Shown here piece by piece: positions 12,850 to 24,839 of a stretch of 64,000 nucleotides of DNA. A program made the translations under genes and the position numbers. The notes under the pieces are model-generated. The model made no database searches, had not been told where the DNA came from, and saw only the letters and a program-made list of their open reading frames with translations. The DNA lies in the NCBI GenBank assembly GCA_030704615.1, contig CM060731.1, forward strand, positions 85,684,001 to 85,748,000, in the 5' to 3' direction. The DNA is from Takakia lepidozioides. Lineage: Eukaryota > Plantae > Bryophyta. The stretch's first letter is position 1. Every line of letters begins with the position of its first letter.

Positions 12850-14500
12850 GCCTAACGGCTTGCCTCCCCACGCTGTGGATCCAACTCCACCTCTGCACCT
12901 CGTGGCTCAGGGACTCGTGCTGCTCCTCGGGTCACTGTCGTCGCCGATTCCACTTGCACTAGTGGTAGTGCTGCCCCACACATGAATCCCATGCCTCCCA
13001 CATCTCCTCCCTCAGGAGCCGGAGGTGGACCATCCGGCCTTGGAGTCGGTACCACCTGAGCTGTAGCCATGGCAGCGAGCCTCTGCTCTAGCTGCTGAAG
13101 CCGGTTGGCCATGCCTTGGTCAACACCTCCACGTCCTTGGCCATGTTGAGCTTGCCCTTGGCCTGTACCTCGTGCCTAGCCACATCGTCCTCTCTGGGCT
13201 GCTCCACCTTGCCCCCGGTCACCTTGGAACTGGCCTGGGCGCAACTCAGGATGCAAACCATAACACTGGGCCTCTCCATGCCCGTGCTTGCCACAATGCC
13301 CACACTGCAACTCTGCAGGCTGTGCATGCGCCGGCCCTTTGCCTCCCTCTGGGCAATCCTTCTTGACATGGGGTCCTCCACATGTCCAACACACCACCTC
13401 CGCCCGTTGTTGGCCTGCAAATGAAGGGAGAGACCCCTGCATCTGAGGTCCTCTCTATCCTTCCCTGAGCTTCACTGGAGCCCCCTTGTTGCCTTGAGCA
13501 CGTTGAGGTAGTGGTTGGCTAGGAGCACCCCGTGGTGTCTCCTTAGCAAATCCCACCATGACCACTCATTCCTCCACCATGTTGAGCTCTATCCGCTTCG
13601 CCAGCAAAAACACATTTGCTAAGGTGGGTTGGGCCGCTTGTATGAGAGTTTCATCCCGCACCCTTCTCCTCAGCTCCTTGTCCAATATCCCATACCAGAA
13701 TTGGACTGCCTGAGCTTCCGTAACCCCTTGAGTTACATTTATCAAGCGCCTCATGCGAGTGAAAGCCTCCCTCAAGCTCTCAGTAGGCTTCCGTTGGAAC
13801 TCTTGCAAGCTCCGCAACTTCTCTGTCATCACCCCTTGGTAGTTCCCTCTCAACTCTTCGAAGAACTCCACAACAGGGTTGAAGGCAAGCATGGGTACTG
13901 GTGTTGGTGCGGTAGTGGCTTGGATGGACGTCGTAGCTACAGTACCACCAGTCCCACTAGTCCCACTGCTGCTTGCTGAAGCTGTCGGTGCAGCGGCAAG
14001 TGTAGCCACTGGCCTCATGGCTCTAGTGCCCCTAGTGATGGAGACAAAGTCGGGTGACCAGTACATCCTCCACTCCTCGATCTCAACCTCATGCCCCCGC
14101 CTGAACTCATGGTAATCATCCATAGGCGGCCCCCAAGGTGCTGAAACAGCCCCTTCCATGCCATGAAAGGCGTAAATAGTTGTGGATTGCGCATTTGCTG
14201 CAAATCACACCAACTATCAAACTCTTGGATAAAATCATCCAACTCGATGGTGCCCACCGCCCCAGAGTACCTTCGTGGCCCCTTGGTAGCTCCATACATC
14301 TCCTCCATTGTGTCCCACAACAATGACAAGGAAACAACTTGCACCGCCGGTGTGAGTCCTCCTGATTCACAATCCGAATCAGAACCTTCCGTAGAAGACA
14401 CAGGAGGTGAAGGTGGCCTAAACCGCACACCTCGTCTCGTGTACCCACTAGTATCACTAGTGCTCGAACCGGCACTCTCCCCAGCAACTAGTGGCACCTC
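12850..14500 (-). pseudogene. gag of element A
   Basis: LQEFQRKPTESLREAFTRM, plus two zinc knuckles CWTCGGPHVKKDC and CGHCGKHGHGEAQC. Confidence 0.85.
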
Positions 14501-15189
14501 CGTGTTGACAAACTGTCACTCAACCGGTCATGAACATGTCCCTAACCCCCTCTCCACAAGGTAACGTAGAGAGAACCTGTTGCGGCTTATGGTTTGGAAT
14601 ACTGGGTTCCTAACATAGCCTACACCTGCACCTGCATCCACCGCAAGCACTCCTACAGATGGCTGGTCATCACCTCCAACCTCACCACAGGAGAAAAAAT
14701 GATGGTCTGACTGGTCATCACCCTAGCCTCACCATCGACAACATGCTCTAGGACTGGCCGGTGATCAAATCCGGACCACTCACCTATAAAAACAAGCGCC
14801 CATACAAAACTAACATGGCGCACTGTCAAGCATGCAGGTATGGAGGGGATCCAAACACAAGAAATCAGAACGACAACTCCCCCACATCAAAAACAACTCC
14901 ACGGTGTTGCTCCTGCAAGGACACCCCAGCCAAACCCGGACTGACTCTTGCATCCACCTACGGAGTGGTCTTGGCCTAATGAGAGGGTGAAAAACTATGA
15001 GGAAGAGAAGCTAAAGCAATGCCTAACCCCAGCATGCCCTCATCCCAACACTCTTCCTCTCATCTCTTTCCTCACTTGCATGACCATGGGAATATCATGA
15101 AGATACTCCTCAAACCGCCCTCCACGAGCTTCAAAATTCGGCCTTCAAGACCACATGCCAGTCCTTAGGCAGTCCACCAGTGCCTCCAT

Positions 15190-15925
15190 GAGTCAGCACA
15201 GGCCCACACAGGTCACTAGTCACAGCCGTCACAACCCCACACAAGCCACAGCCCCACAGCCCATCACAACCCCAAAGCCACAGGTCACAGCCCACCCCTA
15301 CACAGGTCACAGGATCACAGCCCCATAGGCCACAGCCTGTCACAGCCCCAAAGGCCACAGGGCACAGCCTATCATAGCCTATCACAGCCCTACACAGGTC
15401 ACAGGGTCACAGCCTGTCACAGCCCGTCACAGCCCCAAAGGCCACATGTCACAGCCTGTCACAGCCCCCAAGGCCACAGGTCACAGCCTGTCACAACCCA
15501 TCACAACCCCAAAGGCCACATGGCACAGCCTGTCACAGCCCTACACAGGTCACAGACCCATAGGCCACAGCCCGTCACAGCCCGTCACAGCCCCAAAGGC
15601 CACATGTCACAGCTTGTCACAGCCCCAAGGCTCCACAGCCCCCAAGGCACAGGTCACAGCCTGTCACAGCCAACCACAACCCCAAAGGCCACATGGCACA
15701 GCCTGTCAGAGCCCTACACAGGTCACAGGGGTCACAGCCCCAAAGGCCACAGCCTGTCACAGCCCCTCACAACCCCATAGGCCATAGGGCACAGCCCATC
15801 ACAACCCATCACAGCCTATCACAGCCCCTCACAACCCCACAGGCCACAGGGCACAGCCTGTCACAGCCCCTCACAGCCCATCACAGCCTGTCACAGCCCG
15901 TCACAACCCCACAGGCCACTCACGG
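15190..15925. repeat. (T/G)CACAGCC-rich degenerate tandem array in the 5' region of element A
   Basis: Dozens of CACAGCC/TCACAG units. Confidence 0.9.
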
Positions 15926-17577
15926 CAGTTTAGCCATTTCTCTAAGGGGTTTAGCCACGCCAAGCTAGGGTTTGTGTCTCTTGGACTCTAGGCTTATTTG
16001 CACCGAGCTATGGCGGCTGTGAGGAAATCAGCAAGGTATTCTTGCTCTTTATGGCCCCCACACACCACCAATAGTAGCTCTAATTCCAAAGGAAGATGTT
16101 TGCAACCGAAACTAAGTGCACAAGCTTCCTTTTAACTCAACAAACAGCGCCATTGATCCCTATGGCGATTAACCAAACATGGCTGACTTCCAGCCCTTGT
16201 AGGCACTCACTCACGTGCTTTTCTTGACCAAAGCATGCCCTTCGCACCTAATCAGCCCCTGCACCTGCTGCTTCAAGAGTTGTGCTCCCTTCAAGCTTGA
16301 AGTTGAAACCCCAACTCACATATGCCCTACAAAGTGCTTTTATTTCACCCCAAGTGGAAACCAGCCCTAGCCCTTCTGTTCTAGCTCTCTAAAGCTTGAA
16401 AACAAGAGCCTCAATGGGCTGAAGGCATGCTCCACATATGCCCCACTCTCACCATAAGAGAATCAGTTCATTTGCTTCATTTCTTGCACCCACAAACCTG
16501 AAAATACAGGCTTCAGCGGGCTGAAAGCATGCTCCACACATGCCTTACAGGGAAACCAGCCCCTTCCTTCCTTTCTTGCACTCCCAAACCTGAAAGTACA
16601 AGCCTTCAACAGGCTGAAAGCATGCTCCCACATGCATTGCCCTCACATAAGGAAGTCAGCCCTTCCCTCTTCCTTGCTTGCCCTCCAAGCTTGAAGATGG
16701 AAGCTTCAATGAGCTGAATACATGCAACCCCTTCACACAAGAGGTATCAGCCCCCTATCTTGACTCCTTGGCTCCTTGATGCTCTCTAAGATAAGACTAA
16801 GCACTCCACGGCCTTTGCCAAGCTCCTGAACCCTAAGGCTTACATTTCCAGCCATAAGACACTCCTCTTGTGGTCAAGAGTTCTTCTTCCAAGCTCTGAA
16901 ACCCTAGGTGCACATTCCATGGCCTTGTCGCATCTCTTAGCTCCTGTTCCAGCCCTGCTCTTGCCATGACAAGAGCCCTCTCAATGCTGAAGCTCGAGAT
17001 TGAAACCCAATCTCAACATACTCCACAAAGTGCACTGATTTGCCCCAAGCCAAATCAGCCCTTTCGCCTGGTCTTGCAATCCTTCACACAATGAAAGCTC
17101 ACATTCCAAGTCCAGTTCTCAGCTTTGCCACCAAAGCCACTATAACCTGCTCTTGACTAGTCCTCTTCCCAATCGTGCTTGCTCATGCATGTACATCAAT
17201 CTGAAACCATCAAGGTGCTTTGGAATTACCTGCAGCATGGTGCTTTCATCTCTGAAGCTGAAGATCGAATGCCAAGGTCTACGACCTCATAACCCACATC
17301 GCCTCCGCTTCTAACAACCAAGGGCTCCACGGTGCTCCTTGCATAACAACCTGGTTTCTCTCATCCTCAAGCAAAAACCACAAGTGCTACAACTAACTCG
17401 TATCTGGCACTCATAGATACGAGCTCATCTTTCTCGAGTGATAAGGAAGAAGAATACAAGCACAAACTCATGCGAGCTCACAAAGCTGAAGCATAAACTC
17501 ATGCATATATAACCTCATCACTCAATGTGAATGAGAGTTTCTTGGCGGCTTTGGATGGACGGGCAACCAAGTTGACA

Positions 17578-18241
17578 TACATCAAGTCCATGGAGGGTCT
17601 GAAGGGCAGAGTACTAAAGAAGGCGGTTGCCGAAGAGCCTTCCGACACCCCCTGGGTTTCAAAAGATGGTCTTGTCTTTTGAGAAGGTGTGTGCAGGGAA
17701 GGATTGCAGGAGGGGTAGAAAAGTCACCGAGTGGTCTTGCGATATGATCATCTTGGATATTCCGGATGGAGAGCATGTGGAAGGATTGCATGCTTTGCCG
17801 TCTTGGAACAAGTACTCCGAGGACTTTGGAAAAAAAGATTCGGGCTCGCCCGCATGGTGTTGGACGACAGAGGTTGTGTCGTTGTCCTTGCGAGCAGAGG
17901 CAAAAACACGGAGGCAGGAATTGCGAAGTGGGCCCGCAAGAGTGCCATCCCAATTCTGAAGAAGAAGTGGACGTGCATCAACACATTGGGCCTTCGGTCG
18001 GAAGAGAAGATGGTAATTACCACATTGGCAATCGTCCTTGCATTTTCTAAGTTGTTTTGATATGTGGTGCCGCATTCGATTCTAATCGTTCCCCACTATG
18101 TATGCAGACGAAGCAGTTCGATGCATACTGCTTTGTGAAGGAGAACTCGACCTTTGCTTTCCAGAAGGATGGATTGTTGGTTGACCCGAACTGCGACCCC
18201 ATCGATTACGACGTCCCGTTCAACAACGTTCCCACGACTGT
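17578..18241 (+). pseudogene. Fragment of a ParB-MTase gene homologue (MTase N-terminal half)
   Basis: DTPGFQKM...CDMIILDIPDG...GFGLARMVLDDRGC...FDAYCFVK matches 56900-57510, with an intron at the same position (~18013-18107). Confidence 0.85.
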
Positions 18242-19315
18242 TTGACTTGTTGATCTTGTCTGCTGTTATTCACCTACTACTGTAGTCGGCAGGAATGTTA
18301 GGCCGTGTGAGGTCCACTTTGGGACTTAGAACGGAGGTCCTTACTTTCTCCGGAAATTTTTCTAGTCCATTGGGAGTCAATGGAAGAGAGAATGCATTAT
18401 CGAGGGTCTCAAGCCTGACAGACTTTTCCTCTCCGCTCGCCGTTTCCAGCATTGCTGTAAGGTTCTTCCAAAGAGAGCGCTTGTCTGAGCGTATTCATGA
18501 CTGATTGCAATATGATCGTGAGTGAGGAAGCACGGTGACGGTGGCTTCCGGTCTGCGAGAAGACGGAGGCCCAATGAAAGGAGTAGAACGGGGAGCGATG
18601 GAATTTTCCATATGCTGCCCCGCGTGGTTAAAGTTAGTACGTGGGGGTGGGTAGGGGTTATCTCGTCGGACAAATACTAGGGGATAATTAGTGACGCTTA
18701 GCATTGATTAACTTTGATTAACTTTAACAGTGGCTAAATGACGTAATGCGGCAGCTACATAAACTTGGCCATGGCTAAACCTAACTTAGCCATGGCTAAA
18801 TCGCCCAGTGCGGCCGGCCACTTCCACCTGATCCTCGTCACTCAACTTGGCCGCCCGGAAATACTGCTCTAGCTCCAAGAGCCAGGTGTTGAGTGCCTTC
18901 CGATTTTGGACGCCCTTGAAGGTGTCGGGTTCCTTAGGCTTCACCTTAAACTTTGCCTTGGTGGAAGTGACATTAGCCGCCTTCAACACGTCCTTCGACG
19001 TCCCGCCAAACTGCGCCAACAACCCTTCCCAAAAGGCTGCTGGCATGGGAGGCATCTGTTGGTTTGGCGGAGCCTCTGGGAAGTCCTCGGGCTCCGACTC
19101 CCAAAATTCCTCCCGTCCTTGTGCGGCTCGCTTTCAGAAGCATGAATCGCCTCTTCCGATTACCGCTTCGGTGACACGTCGCCCCCATCGAGCTCACCCG
19201 CATCATCATCTTTCGGGTCGTTCCGCTTTCGTTTTGTTTTGCCCAACCCCATGATGAGGCCGATCTCAAGGACGATCGCGTACTGAACTCTAAGCTCTGA
19301 TACCAAGTGTCGCGT

Positions 19316-20347
19316 TGTCGAGCGGCTTTTACTCACCCATGCCTTCGCTATCCGAGGTGGGAACTCCAAGATAGAAGAGTTGGAAATCTCTAAGCACTCA
19401 GCCCGCTCAGAACAATCAGTCATGACCTACAGCTAGTGTATCATGGGGGTGTTTCCTATTTGTATTCCTTCCCGTATTCATGTTAGCTAGTTACCTTACT
19501 GTTGGTATTTAAGTATCAGATTGCTTCAGCAATCTATCGGATTCCATCAACTCATCCATTCATTCCACAGCTTCACTCAGATCTCTCTACACAGTGTGAG
19601 TATGAAGTATGTATTAGATTAATATCTATCAAGTATCAGGCTGAAGCCATGGAGTCTCTAATCTGCTCTACATTACAACTCTACTGCTTGCATTCATCAA
19701 GCATCAACAGATCATTCTCCTCCTACTCCGTGCTCTCCCTCTTTCTACTCAGAGATGCGCTCTCCGCTTCATTTCCCCAGAAGTGATGCCAGAAGTCCTC
19801 CAAGAAGTGCCCCCCAGACGTCCCCGCTCTCCGCTTTTTCTACCTACAAGCTGTTCTAACCGCTTTCCTAACTAACCATCATCCCTGTAGTACACGTTCC
19901 TTTTTCAGATGTCGTTCCCTGCCAATGAGAACTGTTCCCCAGCTGTGCCGAGCTGTGTCTGGCTGTATCAGGCTGTGGCGGGCTGTGACTGGCTGTGTCG
20001 GGCTGTGTAGGGCTGTGCGAAGCTGTGGCGGCTGTATTGGGCTGTGACTGGCTGTGTTGGGATGTGTTGGACTATGACGGGATGTGTTGGACTATGACGG
20101 GCTGTGTTGGCTGTGCAAAGCTGTGATGGCTGTGTCGGACTGTGATGGACTGTGTCGGGCTGTGTTGGACTGTGCGAAGCTGTGGCGGTTGTGTCGGGCT
20201 GTGACTGGCTATGACGGGCTGTGTATCTTCCCCCCTAAAGCCTGTTGCTGTCACCCCTAAGGCTCCTGTTGGTCTCAGTCTGTGTAAAAATTAAGGGTAC
20301 CCCACAGATCCCGTAAAAGCGTCTAAGTCCCAAGCAGTTCTCTAACA
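19316..20347 (-). repeat. 3' LTR of element D
   Basis: TGTCGAG...CTAACA, highly similar to 27746-28770, contains a GGCTGTG array. Confidence 0.93.
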
Positions 20348-20386
20348 TTTACCCCTCCCCCTCTCAAAAAGCCGTGTCCTCACGGT

Positions 20387-20900
20387 TTACTGTTTGGGAT
20401 TTGTAAACCTTTGTGAGCGAGCACCCTTCTGACGGTTAGAGTCTCGTGAAGGACTCCTTGTGCGAGCTCGAGTCCTGTCACTGGTTGATGGAGATGATTG
20501 AACACTACCTGGATATGTCAGTCCTTCCTTTGGCTGATATCGAGGTAATCTTTCAGGCATAGGAGACCCCCGTTGCTTCTTCTCTGCCATCTGAATTGCA
20601 TAGTCCTCTGCCATGTCAAAAGAGTCCGCTGAAGAAACAGTTGTATCAGAATCCTCGTCCCCTCTGAGGTGTTTTAATGGTCGAACTCTAACTGGAATCC
20701 GTTCGGGCATACAATGTGTTCCCACCATGTCTGGAAATTTAAACCATAAAACTTGTTGTAAGCACTGAATTGCAAAATTGGTGAAGACCTTGAACTCCTT
20801 GTCTGTCCAGGTGAGTGGTGTACCAATGACTGTGATGTGTGTAAGTTTTTCCATGCCTCATGGCCCTTAAAGAAAATATCATCAGGCCCGAATTTCTGTG
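20387..20900 (-). CDS. Extra 3' ORF of element D, unknown function
   Basis: 155-aa ORF between integrase and PPT. Confidence 0.45.
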
Positions 20901-21199
20901 TTGACAAATTGTTCCAGGCCGCATGAAACCATAAACGAAGTTGGGAATCCTTGCGCCGTCATGGGCTGTGATAGGTTGTGCCACACTGTGATGGGCTGTG
21001 ATATGTCGCGCCTGTGATAGGCTGTGCCACACTGTGTGATGGGTGTGATAGGCTGTGTGACACGTGTGATGGGCTGTGATAGGCTGTGCCGCGCTTGTAC
21101 TGCCCGCCCTGGTCATATACACTCGGCCTAGCGACAAGTGCTCCATACTCCGTTGGTATCACTAGCGCAGCCCGTGACTGCTTCTGCGTTTCAACATGC

Positions 21200-22498
21200 A
21201 AATCATGCTGCAATGGTTTGTCATTGATACCACTGTACCCTTCAACTTATTGGCATTGACTCTTCCCAGCTCTTTGTTAATGGTTGTAACATGGCGGTGT
21301 TGTTATCATACATCTTCTGTATGACATAAGGTCCTTTCCATGGTGATTTAAGCTTAGAAGCTTAATCTTTCCCTTCTTTGAACCAGAGAACCAAATCTCC
21401 CGTCTTAAAAGTCTTTAACTTGCCTTCATCAAACTGTTCCTTTCTCTTCATCTGAATTCTGGTCATGTTATCAGCTGCATCAGCACGTACTTCTTCCACA
21501 TGGTATAATTCATGTTTCCTGACCTTAATTGAATCTTGCAATTCCATTCTCTTTCCCCATTCCGTTCTCATGGTAGGTAACAAGAATTCCACTGGAAGTA
21601 AAGCTTCCATACCATAAACTAATTGGAATGGTGTATACTTAGTGGTGCCTTTATATGAAGTCCTGTATGACCACAAGCTGTCAGCAGCTTTGTATCCCAA
21701 TCCGTTCTGTTTGCATTGACTATCTTAGCCAAGATAGTACATAGTATTTTGTTGGTAGCCTCTGCCTGCCCATCACCCTGTGGGTAATATGTTGTACTCT
21801 TCCTATGCACAATCATGAATCTCTTTAGTCAATAGTTCAATGGTCTCATTAATGAGGTGACTTCCCTGATCACTGATAAATTCCAAGGGACAGCCAAATC
21901 GTGTAAGTATGTTCTCATACAGGAACCTTGTTGTGGACTTGGCTGTGTTGTCCCTCAAAGCTTTAGCTTCCACCCACTTCGTAGTATAATCAATGGCTGT
22001 AATTATGTACCCGTTTCTGTGTATTCTTGGCTGGTGGGTTAATTGGTCCAACAAAGTCTAGTCCCCATTTCTGAAATGGTTCAGTAGGCATTGTAGGATG
22101 CAAAGCCATCTTCTCAGATCTCTGCAAAGGTCCTAGCCTCTGACATTCATCACAACTCTGACAATACTTTGCACATCTTTGAACAAAGTAGGCCACCAGT
22201 AACTTGCAAGTAGTATCTTCCTACTGGTAGTCTCTTCTCCAAAATGACCTCCAGCCACTCCTTTATGAACTTCCTCCAAAACTTTATTTACTTCATGGTG
22301 GTACAAACATCGTTTAAGTACTCCATCAGGTCCTAGCTTATATATTCTGCTTCCTACCATAGTATAAGGTAAAGCCTTGATAGCGATTCTCTTCCTCTGC
22401 TCCTTACCATAACTAGGTGGGCATTGACCATGAGTAAGGTAGTATCTGATTGGCCACTGCCAATCTAACCATTCATCTGCACTTCCTTGCACCTCCAT
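21200..22498 (-). pseudogene. Integrase of element D
   Basis: VHKGVAGGHFG, CDECQR, WGLDFVGP, IDYTTKWVEA, ISDQG, YYPQGDGQAE. Multiple frameshifts. Confidence 0.92.
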
Positions 22499-22899
22499 TA
22501 CAACATCATCACCTTTGCATCATAGAGGTACATATGAGGTGGCACTGAAGGTAAGACCCAATGATCCCCACTGGAATAACTCAGAAATCGCGATTGCATT
22601 TTCTGCTGCTCAATGTGATAACGTGCCAGAAAACAAGCAGCATAGTATAACCCGCAGCCCATGACAATACTTGCTACCTCCTTGGTCTTGGTATAAATGA
22701 ATCCATGTACAACTTGGAAGGCAATTAATTCCTTCAACATGGTACTTGCCTCATGCCAGTATCTCGCAAAGTGATGATCCTCAATGGGTCGATTGTTCGG
22801 AAGAACCTTAGTCCTAGTTGCCACTGGCAGCCAAATGCGCATGATCTGGTAGTAATGTGCCAACGACTGTGGAGGACTAAATTCCTTCCAAGCCACAAT

Positions 22900-24834
22900 G
22901 TAAGTTCCTCAAAAGCCTGTTGACATTCAGCTGTCCATGCAAACACTGCATCTTTCTTCAGAAGCTTGCTCAATGGTGCTGCTGTATCTGTGCATACATT
23001 TTGACAAATCTTCTGTAATAATTGGTTTGTCCAAGGAATCTCCTTAAACTCTTAACATTTACTGGTGGTGGTGAGGCTTTAATGGCCTCTGTCTTCCTGG
23101 GATCCAAGAAGTCCCCTCTTACACACAATTTGTCCCAGAAGCACCCCTGAGTTCACACAGAAAGTACACTTCTATGGATTCAGGCCTAGACCTCTCATTC
23201 TGCATCTGGCCAAACATAACTCCAATTTATGCAAGTGCTCATTCTTAGAGCTGTATACACTGAAATCATCCAAGAACACCTGCATGAAATCATCCAGATA
23301 CTCATGAAAAGATTCACTTATCACTCTCTGAAAGGTTGCTGGTGCATTACAAAGTCCAAAAGGCATGACTTTGTATGCATAAGCACCCCAGTCTGTGATG
23401 AAAGCCGTCTTTCCCTGGTCTTCTTCTGCCACTTGCACTTGATTATAACCACTGAAGCCATCCATGAATGAGTACATCTCATGGCCTGCCACAGTGTCCA
23501 ATACCGCTTCTGTGAATGGCAAGGGAAATGGATCCTTCTTCGTGCAAGCATTCAACTTCTTATAGTTCACACAAACTCTTAGTTTACCATTCTTCTTGGG
23601 AACTATCACAATGGGTGACAACCAAGTTGTATACTCTATTGGGTATATAAACTTAGCCTCAGCCAACTTCTTGATCTCTTCTCCAACTTTCTGTGCATAG
23701 TTGGGATTCATTCTGTACCTTGCCTGCTTGATTGGTACTGACCCTGGTTCCAGTTCAATTTTATGCTGACAGATCTCAGGTGGTATCCCTTTTAGATCCT
23801 TGTAGCTCCAAGCAATACATCTTGTATTTGATGAACAAACTCTTAGCTTCTTCAAAGAATTCTGGCTCCAAATCAGCTCCTACCTTCACCATCCTCGGTT
23901 CCTCTTTAGTTCCCACATTCACTTCCCTCACTTGCTCATCAGCTGTGATTGTCCAACCAGTCACCACTTCATCCTTTAAACTCACAGTGGCTGGTTCCTC
24001 TAGGATTTCCATTTCTCCTTCTCTTTCTTCATAGAAATGTGATGGGTAACTATTGGTTTCCTCTTCAATTGGTGTTGCTGACACTACACCACAGCAGATA
24101 CCTCTTCAACAACTTAGGCCTTCCAGCCGCATCTCTGCAACCTGCTCCCGCTCTGGGTGTGCAGCGAACAGGGTAGCTTCCTGCTCCTCATCCAGTCCTC
24201 CCCTCCAGTCATACTCTCTGACCCCTCGAGGTCTTCTCGTAGCAGGTAATCTACTAGATTTCTTAGTGGTAATTTGTATCTTGTGCATCCCATTATGCAT
24301 AGTTAGTAACTGAGAATTCCTGTCATGGAATACCCTGGCCTGTTTCAGCCACAAACGTCCCAATAATAAGGAGTAAGCCTCCATGACTTCATCCATCTTC
24401 AGCACAGTTACTGTGATCGTAAAGATCATCTTCTGTATCTGTATCTTAACTCCTCTTATCAATCCCAATGGATGTACACTTCTTTGATCTGCCATTGTTA
24501 CTGTAAATGGGGCTGGTTTCATGTTACTTAGACCAAGCTTCCTTAATTGGTGTGTCATGATATTTACTTCAGAGCCTCCATCTATCAGTACATCAGTTAG
24601 TTTTGTGCTTCCAATTCTCAATTGGATTACTGGCATAGAATCATCAAAGTCCATGACTGTTCTCCCTTCCGGCTTCACATTATAACTGGTCACCTTGCTG
24701 TTCAGGTCTGTGTTTCCTATCTCTTGGGCAATTCGATTGATTGCTTGATACAGCCTGTGTCTACAATAAGGTGCCACAGCCAATAGTTGTCCAATGGTAA
24801 TCTCTGCTTTGGTCTGGCATATTACTTCAGCCAA
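22900..24834 (-). pseudogene. Protease and reverse transcriptase of element D
   Basis: LIDGGSEVN, FMDGFSGYNQ, MPFGLCNAPATF, FLDDF. Confidence 0.92.
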
Positions 24835-24839
24835 AGTCC

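Larger units (their letters stand above)
2720..17577 (-). mobile_element. Ty3/Gypsy LTR retrotransposon A, gag-PR-DNMT-RT-RH-INT; 3'-truncated and interrupted by element B
   Basis: All domains are collinear on the minus strand. The right boundary ...GTTGACA at 17577 abuts the host MTase fragment. Integrase breaks off near 2720 and no 3' LTR is found. Confidence 0.85.

Noticed and set aside
15131-15968. Cys/His/Pro-rich ORFs
   Set aside because: Translations of the CACAGCC array.
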